A DNA stretch of 64,000 nt from an uncultured Erysipelotrichaceae bacterium (GCA_902764145.1 CACWUS010000002.1:69493-133492), one strand, 5' to 3'. Counted from the first letter of the stretch, positions 1-11,056 are shown. Made by a program: numbers and translations. The notes: a model not told the origin generated them from the sequence alone.

Positions 1-1
1 A

Positions 2-433
2 ATTATAATGACAGATGCAGATGTTGATGGAGCACATATTCAAATATTACTACTTACATTCTTTTATCATTATATGCGTCCACTGATTGAAGAAGGAAAA
101 TTATATATAGCACTTCCTCCTCTTTATAAAGTTGATTATGGTAAAGGTAAAAGATTTTATGCATATTCAGATGATGAATTAAATGAAATAAAAGCTAAAA
201 ATACTGGAAAAGCTGCAATCCAAAGATATAAAGGTCTTGGAGAAATGAATGCAGATCAACTTTGGGAAACAACAATGAATCCTGAATCAAGAAGTTTAAT
301 TAGAGTAAATATAACAGATGCAGCTCTTGCAGAAAAAAGAGTTAATGTTTTAATGGGAGATAAAGTCGAGCCAAGGAAAGAGTGGATTAATGAAAATGTT
401 GAATTCACTATGGAAGACGATTATAGGAATTAG
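2..433 (+). CDS. parE: DNA topoisomerase IV subunit B, C-terminal fragment (5' end lies before the window)
   Basis: Translation [41 protein letters not shown] is the conserved Toprim/C-terminal segment of type IIA topoisomerase B subunits. Called ParE rather than GyrB because the adjacent gene has ParC-type motifs. Confidence 0.7.
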   Translation: MIMTDADVDGAHIQILLLTFFYHYMRPLIEEGKLYIALPPLYKVDYGKGKRFYAYSDDELNEIKAKNTGKAAIQRYKGLGEMNADQLWETTMNPESRSLIRVNITDAALAEKRVNVLMGDKVEPRKEWINENVEFTMEDDYRN

Positions 434-446
434 TGGGGTGTAAGAG

Positions 447-3053
447 ATGAAAAATGACATTTTAAAAAGAATACAAAATTATGCCCTTGAAGAAATAATG
501 GGTGATAGATTTGGTTCATATGCTAAAGAAATAATATTAGATAGAGCCATTCCAGATGTAAGAGATGGATTAAAACCAGTCCAAAGAAGAATTCTATATG
601 CAATGTATAAAGCAGGAAATACTTGGGATAAAAGTTATATTAAATGTGCAGCAACAGTTGGAGATGTATTAGGTAAATTCCATCCACATGGTGATTCAAG
701 TGTTTATGATGCTATGGTTCGTATGAGCCAATGGTGGAAACAAAATCATATATTAGTTGATATTCAAGGTAATAATGGATCAATAGATGGAGATTCTGCT
801 GCTGCATATCGTTATACAGAAGCACGTCTTGCTAAAATAAGTGGAGAATTACTTGGAGATTTAGATAAAAATACAGTTAAATGGGCTCCAAACTTTGATG
901 ATAGATTTCTAGAGCCTACTGTTCTTCCTGCAAAATTCCCTAATTTACTTGTTAATGGATCAAATGGAATTTCAGCAGGTTATGCAACAAATATTCCACC
1001 TCATAATTTAAGTGAAATAATTGATGCGACTATTAAGAGAATAGATTCACCTAATTCACGACTTGACACAATTTTAGAAATAGTAAAAGGTCCTGATTTT
1101 CCAACTGGTGGAATAGTAGAAGGAAAACAAGGAATAATAGATGCATTTACAACTGGACGTGGAAAGGTAATTGTTAAAAGTAAAACAGAATTTAAAAAAG
1201 AAAAAGGTAAGGAACAAATCATTATTCATGAAATACCTTTTGAAGTTAATAAAGCTTTATTAGTTCAGAAAATAGATTCACTAAGAATAGATAAAAAAAT
1301 AGATGGAATAAGTGAAGTAAGGGATGAAACTGATAGAGAAGGACTTAGAATAGTTATAGATTTAAAAAGTGGAGCAAATAAGGATTTAGTATTAAATTAT
1401 TTACTTAAAAATACAGATTTACAAGTATCATACAATTATAATATGGTAGCTATTGTCAATAGAACACCTAAAACACTTGGTATTATTCCAATAATAGATG
1501 CTTATATTGAACACTTTAAAGAAGTAATTACTAAGAGAACAGAATTTGATCTTGCAGCATATAAGAAAGAATATAATATTGTTTCAGGATTAATTAAAGC
1601 AATATCTATATTAGATGAAGTAATTAAAACAATTCGTGCTAGTAAGAATAAAGTTGATGCTAAATATAATTTAGTTGATAAATATAAATTTACAGAAGAA
1701 CAAGCAGAAGCAATTGTAATGTTACAATTATATAAATTAACAAATACTGATATTGTTACATTAGAAGAAAGAAGTAAAACATTACAAGAACTAATTAAAG
1801 AATGTGAACATATTTTAGAAGATGAAAATGAACTTAAAAATGTAATGAAAAATGAACTTCGTGAAATTAAAAAGACATATGGAATACCAAGAAAAACTAT
1901 TATTAAAGATGAAATAACTGAAATAAAAATAGATGAACTTGATATGGTTAGCAAAGATAATTTTGTTGTATGTATATCTGGTGCTGGATATGTTAAAAAG
2001 CATTCAATTAAGGCATTCACAGCAAATGAGAATGAGTATCCCGCTGTTAAAGAAGGGGATTATATTGAAGGTCTTTATAAAGTAAATAACTTAGATACAA
2101 TACTATTATTTACTAATTTAGGCAATTACTTATATGTACCAGTTCATGAAATACCAGAAGCAAAATACAAGGATATTGGAGCACATATATCAAATATTAT
2201 TAAAGTTAGTGATGGAGAAAAAATTGTTAAGTCTATAGCTGTAAATAAATTTGATTCTTCTCCTATAACTTTATTTACTAAATTTGGTATGGTAAAAAGA
2301 GTACCACTTAAAGATTTGGAAGTTAGTCGTTATTCAAAACCAGTTAATTGCATGAAATTAAAGGATGGCGATGAACTTGTTAGTGTAAGTAGATGCGATT
2401 CTGCTGAAACATTAGTCGTAACAAAAGATGGATATGCATTAAAATATAACACTTCAGAAATACCTGTTTTAGGTCTTAAAGCTGGAGGAGTTAAATCAAT
2501 AAAATTAAATGCTGGCAGTGAAGTAATAAGTGCATTTGTAATAAATGAACAAAAAGAGTATCTATGTTTATTTACTGATAGAAATACTGCTAAAAGATTA
2601 CATATTACTGATATTGATAAAACAACTCGTGCTAAAAAAGGAACAAGTATTCTTAAGAGTCCAAAATCAAAACCATATATTATAACTCATGCATTTAATA
2701 TTGGTAGTAAAAATATATTTGGTATTATTGATAAGGAAATAGGATATTTAAAATCAAGTGATATTAGTATTTTAGATAAGTCTTCTACAGGAACAACATT
2801 TACTAAAAAGAATGTAGATGATATATTTATACTTACTAAGTTTACTGACATAACTAATCAAAATAAAGAAATTGAAGAAGCAAAAGAAGAAGCAGTAAAA
2901 ATAGTCAATGATGAAGATATGATTGAAGTTGAGAAAACAGATATTGTAAAAGAAAATAAACCTAAAAAAGAAACAATTATTAAAGTGGAAAAAGAAGAAA
3001 AAAAAGAAACACAATTAACTATGAGTGATTTCTTTGAAGAATTTAAGATTTAG
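447..3053 (+). CDS. parC: DNA topoisomerase IV subunit A with Lys/Glu-rich C-terminal tail
   Basis: 868 aa. N-terminus QRRILYAMY...HPHGDSSVYDAMVRMSQWW...NNGSIDGD..AAYRYTEARL matches the ParC/GyrA catalytic region (active-site Tyr region present). Gene order parE-parC. Confidence 0.8.
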   Translation: MKNDILKRIQNYALEEIMGDRFGSYAKEIILDRAIPDVRDGLKPVQRRILYAMYKAGNTWDKSYIKCAATVGDVLGKFHPHGDSSVYDAMVRMSQWWKQNHILVDIQGNNGSIDGDSAAAYRYTEARLAKISGELLGDLDKNTVKWAPNFDDRFLEPTVLPAKFPNLLVNGSNGISAGYATNIPPHNLSEIIDATIKRIDSPNSRLDTILEIVKGPDFPTGGIVEGKQGIIDAFTTGRGKVIVKSKTEFKKEKGKEQIIIHEIPFEVNKALLVQKIDSLRIDKKIDGISEVRDETDREGLRIVIDLKSGANKDLVLNYLLKNTDLQVSYNYNMVAIVNRTPKTLGIIPIIDAYIEHFKEVITKRTEFDLAAYKKEYNIVSGLIKAISILDEVIKTIRASKNKVDAKYNLVDKYKFTEEQAEAIVMLQLYKLTNTDIVTLEERSKTLQELIKECEHILEDENELKNVMKNELREIKKTYGIPRKTIIKDEITEIKIDELDMVSKDNFVVCISGAGYVKKHSIKAFTANENEYPAVKEGDYIEGLYKVNNLDTILLFTNLGNYLYVPVHEIPEAKYKDIGAHISNIIKVSDGEKIVKSIAVNKFDSSPITLFTKFGMVKRVPLKDLEVSRYSKPVNCMKLKDGDELVSVSRCDSAETLVVTKDGYALKYNTSEIPVLGLKAGGVKSIKLNAGSEVISAFVINEQKEYLCLFTDRNTAKRLHITDIDKTTRAKKGTSILKSPKSKPYIITHAFNIGSKNIFGIIDKEIGYLKSSDISILDKSSTGTTFTKKNVDDIFILTKFTDITNQNKEIEEAKEEAVKIVNDEDMIEVEKTDIVKENKPKKETIIKVEKEEKKETQLTMSDFFEEFKI

Positions 3054-3078
3054 GAAGTAGAAATACTTCCTTTTTATT
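3053..3078 (+). terminator. Rho-independent terminator after parC
   Basis: GGAAGTAGAAATACTTCC hairpin followed by TTTTTATT, overlapping the parC stop codon. Confidence 0.7.
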
Positions 3079-3126
3079 GACTTAAATATCTTTTTATGTT
3101 AATATTAGTATCGAACTTCAAGTTAT

Positions 3127-3203
3127 GGCGAGTTTGGTGAAGTGGTTAACACGGCGGATTGTGGTCCCGTTATGCGTGGGTTCGATTCCCACATCTCGCC
3201 CCA
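3127..3203 (+). tRNA. tRNA-His (anticodon GTG) with encoded G-1 and CCA
   Basis: Hand-folded cloverleaf: G-1 pairs with C73. Acceptor stem GCGAGTT/ATCTCGC, D-loop AAGTGGTTAA, anticodon loop TTGTGGT (GTG). T-arm GTGGG-TTCGATT-CCCAC, 3' CCA. Confidence 0.85.
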
Positions 3204-3405
3204 TTAATTGATAGTAATGGTAATTATGTTTATGATCGTCATTCGTTTATTAATTTTCATGGAACTGGTAAAAATTCTCTTTTTCTGTGATAAAATATTA
3301 TATAGATATAGTGATTGCTACGATAAATAGCATAAATGTAAAACAATGTTGCTGTTATTAAATGAGACATCAATGTAGAATTAAAGTCAGAAAGAAGGAG
3401 ATATT

Positions 3406-3981
3406 ATGACACTAGGTCAAAAATTAAAAGAGATAAGAAAAAGATTTGGATTATCTCAAGAAAGTCTTGCTGAAATAATGAATGTTTCAAGACAAGCAAT
3501 AACTAAATGGGAAAGTGATGAAGGACTTCCAGATGTAAGCAATTTACAAGAATTATCAAAAGTATTTAATCTTACGGTTGATTATTTATTAGATAATGAT
3601 AATTCATTACCTGCTTTATCTATGAAGAAAGAATTAGATAAAGATAAATATGAAATGAATGGAAAGGGTTATAAACAAATATTAAAAGAATATTATACTG
3701 AGCCTTGGGAAATTTATGAATTATTAAGAAGTGAAAATAAAGGCAGGCTTGCTAGTATTGTAAGTGACTTTATAATTGGTGCGGGTGCAATGGAAACTAT
3801 AGATGCATTAAATGATATAACACCATATTATTTAATAAAAAAAGATGGTTTAAAATTACTAGTAAATATTCATGATTATATTCTTGAGGTAATTGAATTG
3901 CCTGAAAACATTAATGATAAGAAATTCATATATGGTAAAAATAAGTTTAAACAATTTAAAAAATTAGAATTAACAAAATAA
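3406..3981 (+). CDS. XRE-family HTH transcriptional regulator with uncharacterised C-terminal domain
   Basis: N-terminus LSQESLAEIMNVSRQAITKWESDEGLPDVSNLQELSKVFNLTVDYLL is a Cro/C1-type HTH. RBS AAGGAG is 7 nt upstream of the ATG. Confidence 0.7.
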   Translation: MTLGQKLKEIRKRFGLSQESLAEIMNVSRQAITKWESDEGLPDVSNLQELSKVFNLTVDYLLDNDNSLPALSMKKELDKDKYEMNGKGYKQILKEYYTEPWEIYELLRSENKGRLASIVSDFIIGAGAMETIDALNDITPYYLIKKDGLKLLVNIHDYILEVIELPENINDKKFIYGKNKFKQFKKLELTK

Positions 3982-4002
3982 TTATATGTTACATTTAATC
4001 AA

Positions 4003-4025
4003 GTAGGAGGAATCCTACTTTTTTG
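4003..4025 (+). terminator. Rho-independent terminator
   Basis: GTAGGAGGAATCCTAC hairpin followed by TTTTTT. Confidence 0.6.
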
Positions 4026-4249
4026 ATATAATAAAATAAAGTTGATTGTATGAATAATTATGTTATTAAATATAATGAATCAATTGTTTGTAAGAGATTT
4101 AATTATTATGTTATCAATATTGATATTTCATTATTATTAAATGAAAGATCTGAAGGGAAAAAATAATTTAGAATATAGATGAGTAAAAATTCATCTTTTT
4201 AATTTTTATAATAGCATGATATAATAATAAAAGAGATGGGTGTGATATA

Positions 4250-5107
4250 GTGAAAAAATTATTTGGTGGAATTAATTTGACTTGGATGAAATTAATTATA
4301 TTTGCAATATTAGCAGGTGTTTATACAGGTATAATGGCAATGCTACCAATAGCAATGGATACATCATTTAGTGATTTGACGGTTACATTTGAAGTATGGA
4401 TTTTCTTTGGAATAATCATTATAATGAATAGTAAATCTGCAAAAGATTCGGCATTAAAATGTTTTGTGTTTTTCTTAATAAGTCAGCCATTGGTATATTT
4501 AGTTCAAGACGTAATAAATCATAGTAATTTGTTTTTAACTTACTATAGATTTTGGGTTCTTTGGACAATTGCGTGTATTCCAATGGGCTTTATTGGATAT
4601 TATATGAAAAAAGATAAATGGTGGGGATTATTAATTCTTGTACCTATGCTAGTTTTTACAGCAGCAGAATGTTCAGGGTACTTCTCTGAAACTATGTTTT
4701 CTTTTCCAAGACATTTATTAACTACTATTTTTTGTATATGCATGTTAATAATTTATCCATTAGCTATATTTAAAAATAAAAAAATAAAAACGACTGGTGT
4801 AATAATAAGTGGATTGTTGATTGCTATAGTATTAGTTGTATGTATATGCAATCCTCCTATATATAGTACAGATATATTATTTAATGGTGAAAAATATCAA
4901 TTTGATGATTCCTATAGGGTTTATTTAACAGATAAAAAATATGGAGATTTAAGTGTTAAATATGAGGCGGCAATAGAAGATTGGGTAATTCATGCAGACT
5001 TTAAGAAAGCAGGAAAGACTGAAATGATTTTGGAAGATAAAGAAGGAAATAAAACTACATTTGATGTATCAATAAGAAGATCCTCATATGATGTGAAAAA
5101 AAAGTAA
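4250..5107 (+). CDS. Polytopic membrane protein, function unknown
   Basis: 285 aa with about 7 hydrophobic helices and a soluble C-terminal about 90 aa. No recognisable motif. Confidence 0.5.
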   Translation: MKKLFGGINLTWMKLIIFAILAGVYTGIMAMLPIAMDTSFSDLTVTFEVWIFFGIIIIMNSKSAKDSALKCFVFFLISQPLVYLVQDVINHSNLFLTYYRFWVLWTIACIPMGFIGYYMKKDKWWGLLILVPMLVFTAAECSGYFSETMFSFPRHLLTTIFCICMLIIYPLAIFKNKKIKTTGVIISGLLIAIVLVVCICNPPIYSTDILFNGEKYQFDDSYRVYLTDKKYGDLSVKYEAAIEDWVIHADFKKAGKTEMILEDKEGNKTTFDVSIRRSSYDVKKK

Positions 5108-5201
5108 AAAATATTATTTTTAATTTATATAAATAATATTGTATAATAGTTTAGTACTAGTTAACCTACACATCCTAGTATAAAAAAGGGAAGGAGAGAA
5201 A

Positions 5202-5864
5202 ATGAATATATTTTATGGATTTATTAATATTATAGTAGTATTTAGTTTTGTAGTATTAATAGAAAAATTATTTAAAAGAGAAGGCTTATATGTGTGGCTT
5301 AGTATAGCAATTATACTTGCAAACTTGACTGTATGTAAAATGATTGATGTGTTTGGTTTTACTACAAGTTTAGGCAATGTACTATTTGCTTCAACTTTTT
5401 TAGCAACAGACATTATGTCTGAAAAATACAGTAAGGAAGATGCTAAGAAAGGAATATATATAAGTTTATTTAGTGGTATCACATTTATAATAGTTACGCA
5501 AATAACTCTTTTGTTTATTCCAAGTGCTGATGATGTTGTGAGTGATGCTATGAAAACTTTATTTAATGTTAGCATTAGAACAACTTTTGCAAGTATGCTT
5601 ATGTTTTTTATAAGTAATATGATGGATATTCATATTTATAATTATTTAAAAGTAAAATATCCAAACAAATTGTGGTTTAGAAATAATTTATCAACAATAT
5701 TGTGTAATTGTTTAGAAAACTACTTATTTAATTTTTTAGCTTTTGTAGGAATATTTTCTGTTCCTGTTATTATTTCAATAGCTACTACAACAACAATTAT
5801 AGAAATAGTAATTGCTTTATGTGATACACCATTTTTATATATTTCTAAATGGTTAAGAGAATGA
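5202..5864 (+). CDS. YhhQ/VUT-family queuosine-precursor transporter-like membrane protein
   Basis: 220 aa. Segments VFGFTTSLGN...FLATD and DIHIYNYLKVKYPNKLWFRN align with E. coli YhhQ (LGFHTTWG...FLATD, DVHVFNRLRQSRRWW) as recalled from memory. Confidence 0.55.
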   Translation: MNIFYGFINIIVVFSFVVLIEKLFKREGLYVWLSIAIILANLTVCKMIDVFGFTTSLGNVLFASTFLATDIMSEKYSKEDAKKGIYISLFSGITFIIVTQITLLFIPSADDVVSDAMKTLFNVSIRTTFASMLMFFISNMMDIHIYNYLKVKYPNKLWFRNNLSTILCNCLENYLFNFLAFVGIFSVPVIISIATTTTIIEIVIALCDTPFLYISKWLRE

Positions 5865-5955
5865 TTGCAATCAATAGACAATTATTTAGAATTCGCAGTT
5901 AAAAATCATTTTAAATATACAGAATATAATCTAGAAGAAGTTTTAATAAAGAGAT

Positions 5956-5988
5956 AAAAAAGATTAGAAATTAATTCTAATCTTTTTT
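5956..5988. terminator. Bidirectional terminator between convergent genes
   Basis: AAAAAGATTAGAA-TTAA-TTCTAATCTTTTTT is a perfect hairpin flanked by A-run and T-run. Confidence 0.65.
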
Positions 5989-5998
5989 AAATAGTAAA

Positions 5999-6580
5999 TT
6001 ATAATTTATCTGGAATTAGTTTATCCATATAATTTAGTAATTCTTCTTTTGTATAATTCTCGGTACCTGTTAACCATGAAATTCCAATATTAATTATTCC
6101 ACCTGCATAAAATTTAACAATAACATCAAGTGGTAAATTAGTTTCTTTAATGTCATTAATATTTTTTAATCTTACTAATGCATCTTTTTCTATTACATCT
6201 ATTAGAATATCAATTAAAAAGCCATTTTTATTATACGTTATAATTGCACTATAGATTTCTCTATTATTATCAATATAATCTATCAAAACACTTAGTAATT
6301 TCATTATGTATTTCTTTGATGATAATTCTGTTTCTTTTAATTCAAGTTCATTTAATAATAATTGTTTTTGATTTTCAAACAAATCAATTAATAATTCATA
6401 TTTATCTTCATAATGCGCATAAAAAGTTGAACGATTAATAAGTGCTTCTTCACATATATCTGATATTTTAATTTTTTCAAAATTTTTTTGTTTCATTAAT
6501 TTAAGTAATGTATCAAATAATATTTTTTTTGTTTTAATTACTCTTAGATCATTTTTTCTAGTCATTTTTAAACACCTCAT
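5999..6580 (-). CDS. TetR/AcrR-family transcriptional regulator
   Basis: 193 aa. N-terminus KKILFDTLLKLMKQKNFEKIKISDICEEALINRSTFYAHYEDKYELL is a TetR HTH. Divergent from the MMPL transporter gene. Confidence 0.8.
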   Translation of the reverse strand: MRCLKMTRKNDLRVIKTKKILFDTLLKLMKQKNFEKIKISDICEEALINRSTFYAHYEDKYELLIDLFENQKQLLLNELELKETELSSKKYIMKLLSVLIDYIDNNREIYSAIITYNKNGFLIDILIDVIEKDALVRLKNINDIKETNLPLDVIVKFYAGGIINIGISWLTGTENYTKEELLNYMDKLIPDKL

Positions 6581-6617
6581 GCCTAATTATAGTTTTTAAT
6601 TAGTAAAAAGTCAAATA

Positions 6618-6677
6618 ACATACAAATTGTATGATAAATATACATATACATTTTAAAAAATGTTGGATAACCAACAT
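6618..6677. promoter_or_regulatory. Two palindromes in the TetR/MMPL divergent intergenic region (candidate operators)
   Basis: ACATACAAATTGTATGA (6+1+6 palindrome) and ATGTTGGATAACCAACAT (7-bp arms with 4-bp spacer) lie between the divergent starts. Confidence 0.4.
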
Positions 6678-6738
6678 ATATATAATCATGATGTGGTATT
6701 TAATTTCTCATTATAATAAAATATATTGTCGAGGTGAA

Positions 6739-8814
6739 ATGATGAATAAGTTTTCAAATTTTGTAGTAAATAATAAAAAAATAATTTTACTTTTAAGTTT
6801 GATATTATTAATACCAGCTATAATTGGTTATTTATTAACTAAAACAAATTATGATGTTTTAGTATATTTACCAAGTGATATTGAAACTTTAAAAGGTCAA
6901 AATATATTGAAAGATGATTTCAATATGGGTGCTTTTTCTGTTTCTTTAGTAGATAATGATATAAGTGATAAAGAATTAATGACGTTAGAAAATAAAATTA
7001 GAGAAATAGATTGTGTCACTAATGTTATCAGCATAAATGATATTACAGGAACTACTATACCAATAGAAATATTACCTAAAAAAATAATTGATCATGTTGT
7101 AAGTAAAGATTCAAAGTTAATATTAATTACCTTTTCAACTGGTACTAGTGATGAAGAAACTACTGATGCTGTAAAAGAAATAGAAGAGCTTTCTAATAGC
7201 ATTAAGGTTGGTGGTATGAGTGCAATGTCTTTGGATACTAGAAAATTAGTTGAAAGCCAAACTTTTGCTTATGTGGCTGTAGCTGTAGTTTTTTGTTTAG
7301 TAGTATTAATGTTATCTTTAGATTCATATATAGTACCAATATTATTACTTATTAATATTGGAATATCAATTCTATATAATATGGGAAGCAATTTGCTTTT
7401 AGGAGAAATATCATATATTACAAAAGCAATAGCTGCTGTTTTACAATTAGGTGTTACGACAGATTTTTCTATATTCTTGTATCATAAATATGAAGCTGCT
7501 AAAAAAGATAATAAATCAAATGATGAAGCAATGAATAATGCAATTAATGAAACAATGGTTTCTGTAATTGGTTCATCACTTACAACAATTGCTGGATTCT
7601 TGGCATTATGTAGTATGAAATTTGGTCTTGGAAAAGATATTGGTTTAGTAATGGCAAAAGGTGTTTTATTTGGTGTTTTAACAGTATTAACTATTTATCC
7701 AGTATTACTTTTAATATTTGATAAATGGATACAAAAAACAAAACATAAACCATTGATACCTGAGTTTAAATTTGTTAAGCCAATTGTTTTGAAAGGATAT
7801 AAATGGATTTTTATTATATTTTTAATCTTATTAATTCCTGCATATTTATCTCAAAAAAATACTGAAGTTTATTATAAATTAGATTCATCTATTCCAGAAG
7901 ATTATAATTATTCAATTGTTAGTAAAAAATTAATGAATGAATATGGTCTTATATCACAATCGATGGTTTTGGTTCCATCATCTTTAAGCAATTCTAGTAT
8001 GAGTAAAATGATTGATGAAATTAATGATATAGATGGTATTGATAGTGTGATATCAACTAGTTTGCTTAATAAATATGGTATTTCAGATAATGCAATACCT
8101 TCAAAATTAAAAAGTGTTTTGGAAAGTGATAAATATAAGTTGTTGCTTATTAATTCTAATTATGAAATAGCTAGTGATGAACTAAATAATCAGATTGAAA
8201 AGATTAATTCAATAATTAAAAAGTATGATAGTAATTCAATTCTGGCAGGTGAAGGACCTTTAATGAATGATTTAGTTGAAATAACAGCGATTGATTTTAG
8301 AAATGTAAATTATGTTTCAATTGGAATTATTTTCTTCATAATGTTTTTTGTTTTAAAATCATTAAGTTTACCATTACTACTTGTATTATCTATTGAATTT
8401 GCAATATTTATAAATATGGGTGTGCCTTATTGGCATGGAACTAGTATTCCATTTATATCTTCTATAGTTATTGGGACAATACAATTAGGAGCTACAATAG
8501 ATTATGCAATTTTGATGACTACAAAATATTTAGAAGAAAGAAAAAAAGGCGTGGATAAAAAAACAGCTATGGGTGAAGTTTTGAGTTCATCTGTATCATC
8601 AATTTTTGTAAGTGCTATGTGCTTCTTTGCAGCAACAATTGCTGTATTTGCAATATCTAAAATAGATATGATTAGTTCTATATGTCTATTAATCGCAAGA
8701 GGTGCAATTATAAGTATGTTAGTTGTTATGTTTGTTGTTCCTAGTGTGTTATTAATGTTTGATAAATTAATAATTAAAACTACATTAGGATTTAAGAAAG
8801 GAATGAGAATATGA
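6739..8814 (+). CDS. MMPL-family (RND-superfamily) membrane transporter
   Basis: About 690 aa. N-terminal TM, a large extracytoplasmic domain, a 5-TM bundle, then a second extracytoplasmic domain and 5-TM bundle. Start moved from the track's 6631 to the ATGATG after the GAGGTG RBS. Confidence 0.7.
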   Translation: MMNKFSNFVVNNKKIILLLSLILLIPAIIGYLLTKTNYDVLVYLPSDIETLKGQNILKDDFNMGAFSVSLVDNDISDKELMTLENKIREIDCVTNVISINDITGTTIPIEILPKKIIDHVVSKDSKLILITFSTGTSDEETTDAVKEIEELSNSIKVGGMSAMSLDTRKLVESQTFAYVAVAVVFCLVVLMLSLDSYIVPILLLINIGISILYNMGSNLLLGEISYITKAIAAVLQLGVTTDFSIFLYHKYEAAKKDNKSNDEAMNNAINETMVSVIGSSLTTIAGFLALCSMKFGLGKDIGLVMAKGVLFGVLTVLTIYPVLLLIFDKWIQKTKHKPLIPEFKFVKPIVLKGYKWIFIIFLILLIPAYLSQKNTEVYYKLDSSIPEDYNYSIVSKKLMNEYGLISQSMVLVPSSLSNSSMSKMIDEINDIDGIDSVISTSLLNKYGISDNAIPSKLKSVLESDKYKLLLINSNYEIASDELNNQIEKINSIIKKYDSNSILAGEGPLMNDLVEITAIDFRNVNYVSIGIIFFIMFFVLKSLSLPLLLVLSIEFAIFINMGVPYWHGTSIPFISSIVIGTIQLGATIDYAILMTTKYLEERKKGVDKKTAMGEVLSSSVSSIFVSAMCFFAATIAVFAISKIDMISSICLLIARGAIISMLVVMFVVPSVLLMFDKLIIKTTLGFKKGMRI

Positions 8815-11009
8815 AAAAAATATTTAAAAGATTTATAGTTTTAACAATAATAATATCAGGATTATTTCAAAATACTTTAGTTTATGCATTAACTAAAGAA
8901 GAAAATGTATATGCAAAATTAGATGAATCTGGGAATGTAGAAAGTGTATCTATTACGGAGCATCTATTTGATTATTCTGGCAAAACTATTACTGATAAAA
9001 GTGATTTGATTGATATTAAAAATTTAAATGGAGAAGAAAAATATATTCAAAAAGGAAATGAATATATATGGGAAACTAATGGTAATGATATTTACTACCA
9101 AGGAACATATAAAAAAGATTTACCAATAAGCTTAAGCGTTAAATACTATTTAAATGGAAATGAGGAAAAAATAGATAATATTTTAGGTAAAAAAGGAAAT
9201 ATTAAAATTGTTTTAACTTATAAAAATAATATATATAAAAAAGTTAATATAAATGGTAAATATGAAAAGATGTATGTACCATATGTTATTATGACAACAT
9301 CAATATTAAATAATTCAGATAATAAAAATATTAAGGTTACAAATGGTAAAATCATAAATAATGGACAAAGCTCAGTAATAACAGCTATTTCTTCACCTGG
9401 ATTATATGAGTCTTTAAAAATAGATGATTTAAAAGATATAAATAAAGTGGAAATAACATATGATACTGATAATTTTGAATTAAATTCTATTTATTCAGTT
9501 GCTACAACAGATTTATTTAGTAATGGTAATTTTGATATGCTAGGAGAAATAAATAATCTATATAAAAGTATTGATTTATTACAAAGTAATATGAACACTA
9601 TTGTAGATGCATCTAAGAAATTAAGTGTTGGTGGAGAACAAATGGATGCAGGTATAACAGAGTTAAATAATAAAATTCAAGAATTAACTAAAAAGTATAA
9701 ATATTATAGAAATCAAGATCAAAATGTATTAAAAGAAGAATTAATTAAAATAGTTGAGAAAAATATTAATACAATTACTCCTGCACTAGAAGAAGAAATT
9801 AAAAATGAAACAAGTAAAGTTATAAAGGACAACAAAAAAGAATTAGAAGCATCAGTTTTAACTTATACAAAAAAGAATACAAAATTAGTAATTGATGAAG
9901 AGGTTAATAATATAGTAAACAAAATCGATGTTGATAGTTTGATACAAAGAGTAATTAATAGTAATTTATTTAATTTACTAAAAAATGATTCAGAAATTAA
10001 TGACCTTACTAATATGCTTAAAGAAGATATTAATAAAGAATTAAAAAATATAATAGTTAATGAATTTAACAAAATAAATGAATATATTAATAGTGATATG
10101 TCTCAATCAGAAAGAGATGGTTATATTAAAAATATTGCAGAAAAATATGGGATAACTTATGAACAAGCAGAAGGTATTGTAGGAGAAGTTCAAACAGATA
10201 CTATTAATCAAATTAAAACGAATATTAGTAAATCTAATATTACAGATAAAATAATAAATGCTTTAAATGATAAGAATTATGTTTCAAATTTAGTTAATAA
10301 TTATATAAAAAAATTAAATGATAAATTAAGTGAATCATTAAATAAAGATACAACAATTGAAGAGTATTCTAAGGAATTAAAAGAAAAAATATTAATTGCA
10401 ATAAATAAAGATTTAGAAAATGAAAGTATATATTTAAATATAGATGTTAAAAATTATTTATCTGGATTAGTTGATAAAATAATTGATAATACTGCTAGTG
10501 ATTTATCAGAAAAATATACAGAAGAATATACAAATAAAGTTGTTAGAAACGTTATTGAAAAAGAGTTTAGTGAAGAAAATGTTGATACTAAATTAAGAGA
10601 GTTACTTGATATATATGATGATGATATAAATCAAAAAGTAACTATTTTGGATGATACAATTAATACATTATCAGATTCATTAAATAAATTAAATGATGGA
10701 TCTAAACAAATGTCTTCTGGTATTAATGCATTATCTAATGGATTAGATAAATACAATAAAGAAGGAATTAAAAAAATAAGTAAATTAGTTAACGGAGATG
10801 TTAAAACTCTTCAAAAGAGATTGGATGCACTTGTAAAATTAAGCAAAGATAATAAGACAGTAGATAAGATTCCAAACAAATCAAAAAGTTCATCAAAAAT
10901 AATATTTATGATTGATTCAAAAGAAATGCCAAAAGAAACAAAAACTGAAACTAAAAAGATAGAAAAGAAAGACTCTTTTTGGGATAAAGTGAAAGGATTG
11001 TTTAAATAA
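8811..11009 (+). CDS. Secreted coiled-coil protein with YhgE/Pip-like repeats
   Basis: 732 aa. Signal peptide MKKIFKRFIVLTIIISGLF. C-terminal LNKLNDGSKQMSSGINALSNGLDKY repeats resemble the YhgE/Pip LxxG motifs. Start overlaps the MMPL stop (ATGA), suggesting translational coupling. Confidence 0.5.
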   Translation: MKKIFKRFIVLTIIISGLFQNTLVYALTKEENVYAKLDESGNVESVSITEHLFDYSGKTITDKSDLIDIKNLNGEEKYIQKGNEYIWETNGNDIYYQGTYKKDLPISLSVKYYLNGNEEKIDNILGKKGNIKIVLTYKNNIYKKVNINGKYEKMYVPYVIMTTSILNNSDNKNIKVTNGKIINNGQSSVITAISSPGLYESLKIDDLKDINKVEITYDTDNFELNSIYSVATTDLFSNGNFDMLGEINNLYKSIDLLQSNMNTIVDASKKLSVGGEQMDAGITELNNKIQELTKKYKYYRNQDQNVLKEELIKIVEKNINTITPALEEEIKNETSKVIKDNKKELEASVLTYTKKNTKLVIDEEVNNIVNKIDVDSLIQRVINSNLFNLLKNDSEINDLTNMLKEDINKELKNIIVNEFNKINEYINSDMSQSERDGYIKNIAEKYGITYEQAEGIVGEVQTDTINQIKTNISKSNITDKIINALNDKNYVSNLVNNYIKKLNDKLSESLNKDTTIEEYSKELKEKILIAINKDLENESIYLNIDVKNYLSGLVDKIIDNTASDLSEKYTEEYTNKVVRNVIEKEFSEENVDTKLRELLDIYDDDINQKVTILDDTINTLSDSLNKLNDGSKQMSSGINALSNGLDKYNKEGIKKISKLVNGDVKTLQKRLDALVKLSKDNKTVDKIPNKSKSSSKIIFMIDSKEMPKETKTETKKIEKKDSFWDKVKGLFK

Positions 11010-11056
11010 TTATTATTAATTTAATAAAGACAATTAAAAGATGATATAATATATAC

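Noticed and set aside
1001-2020. Minus-strand ORFs 1001..1222, 1502..2020 and 1815..2003 inside parC
   Set aside because: Antisense to a well-supported gene. Low-complexity Ile/Phe/Ser-rich translations typical of AT-rich antisense frames.
3204-3405. Phage/ICE attachment site or integrase next to tRNA-His
   Set aside because: No integrase or recombinase ORF and no visible repeat of the tRNA 3' end by eye. An island cannot be asserted.
6631-6738. N-terminal extensions proposed by the ORF track (6631, 16264, 23598, 28323, 33395, 41135, 44189, 47719, 51979, 54162, 59888, 61735)
   Set aside because: Extensions lack an RBS, run through promoters, T-box or terminator elements, or use GTG/TTG far upstream of a well-placed ATG with a Shine-Dalgarno. 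Shorter starts were adopted.
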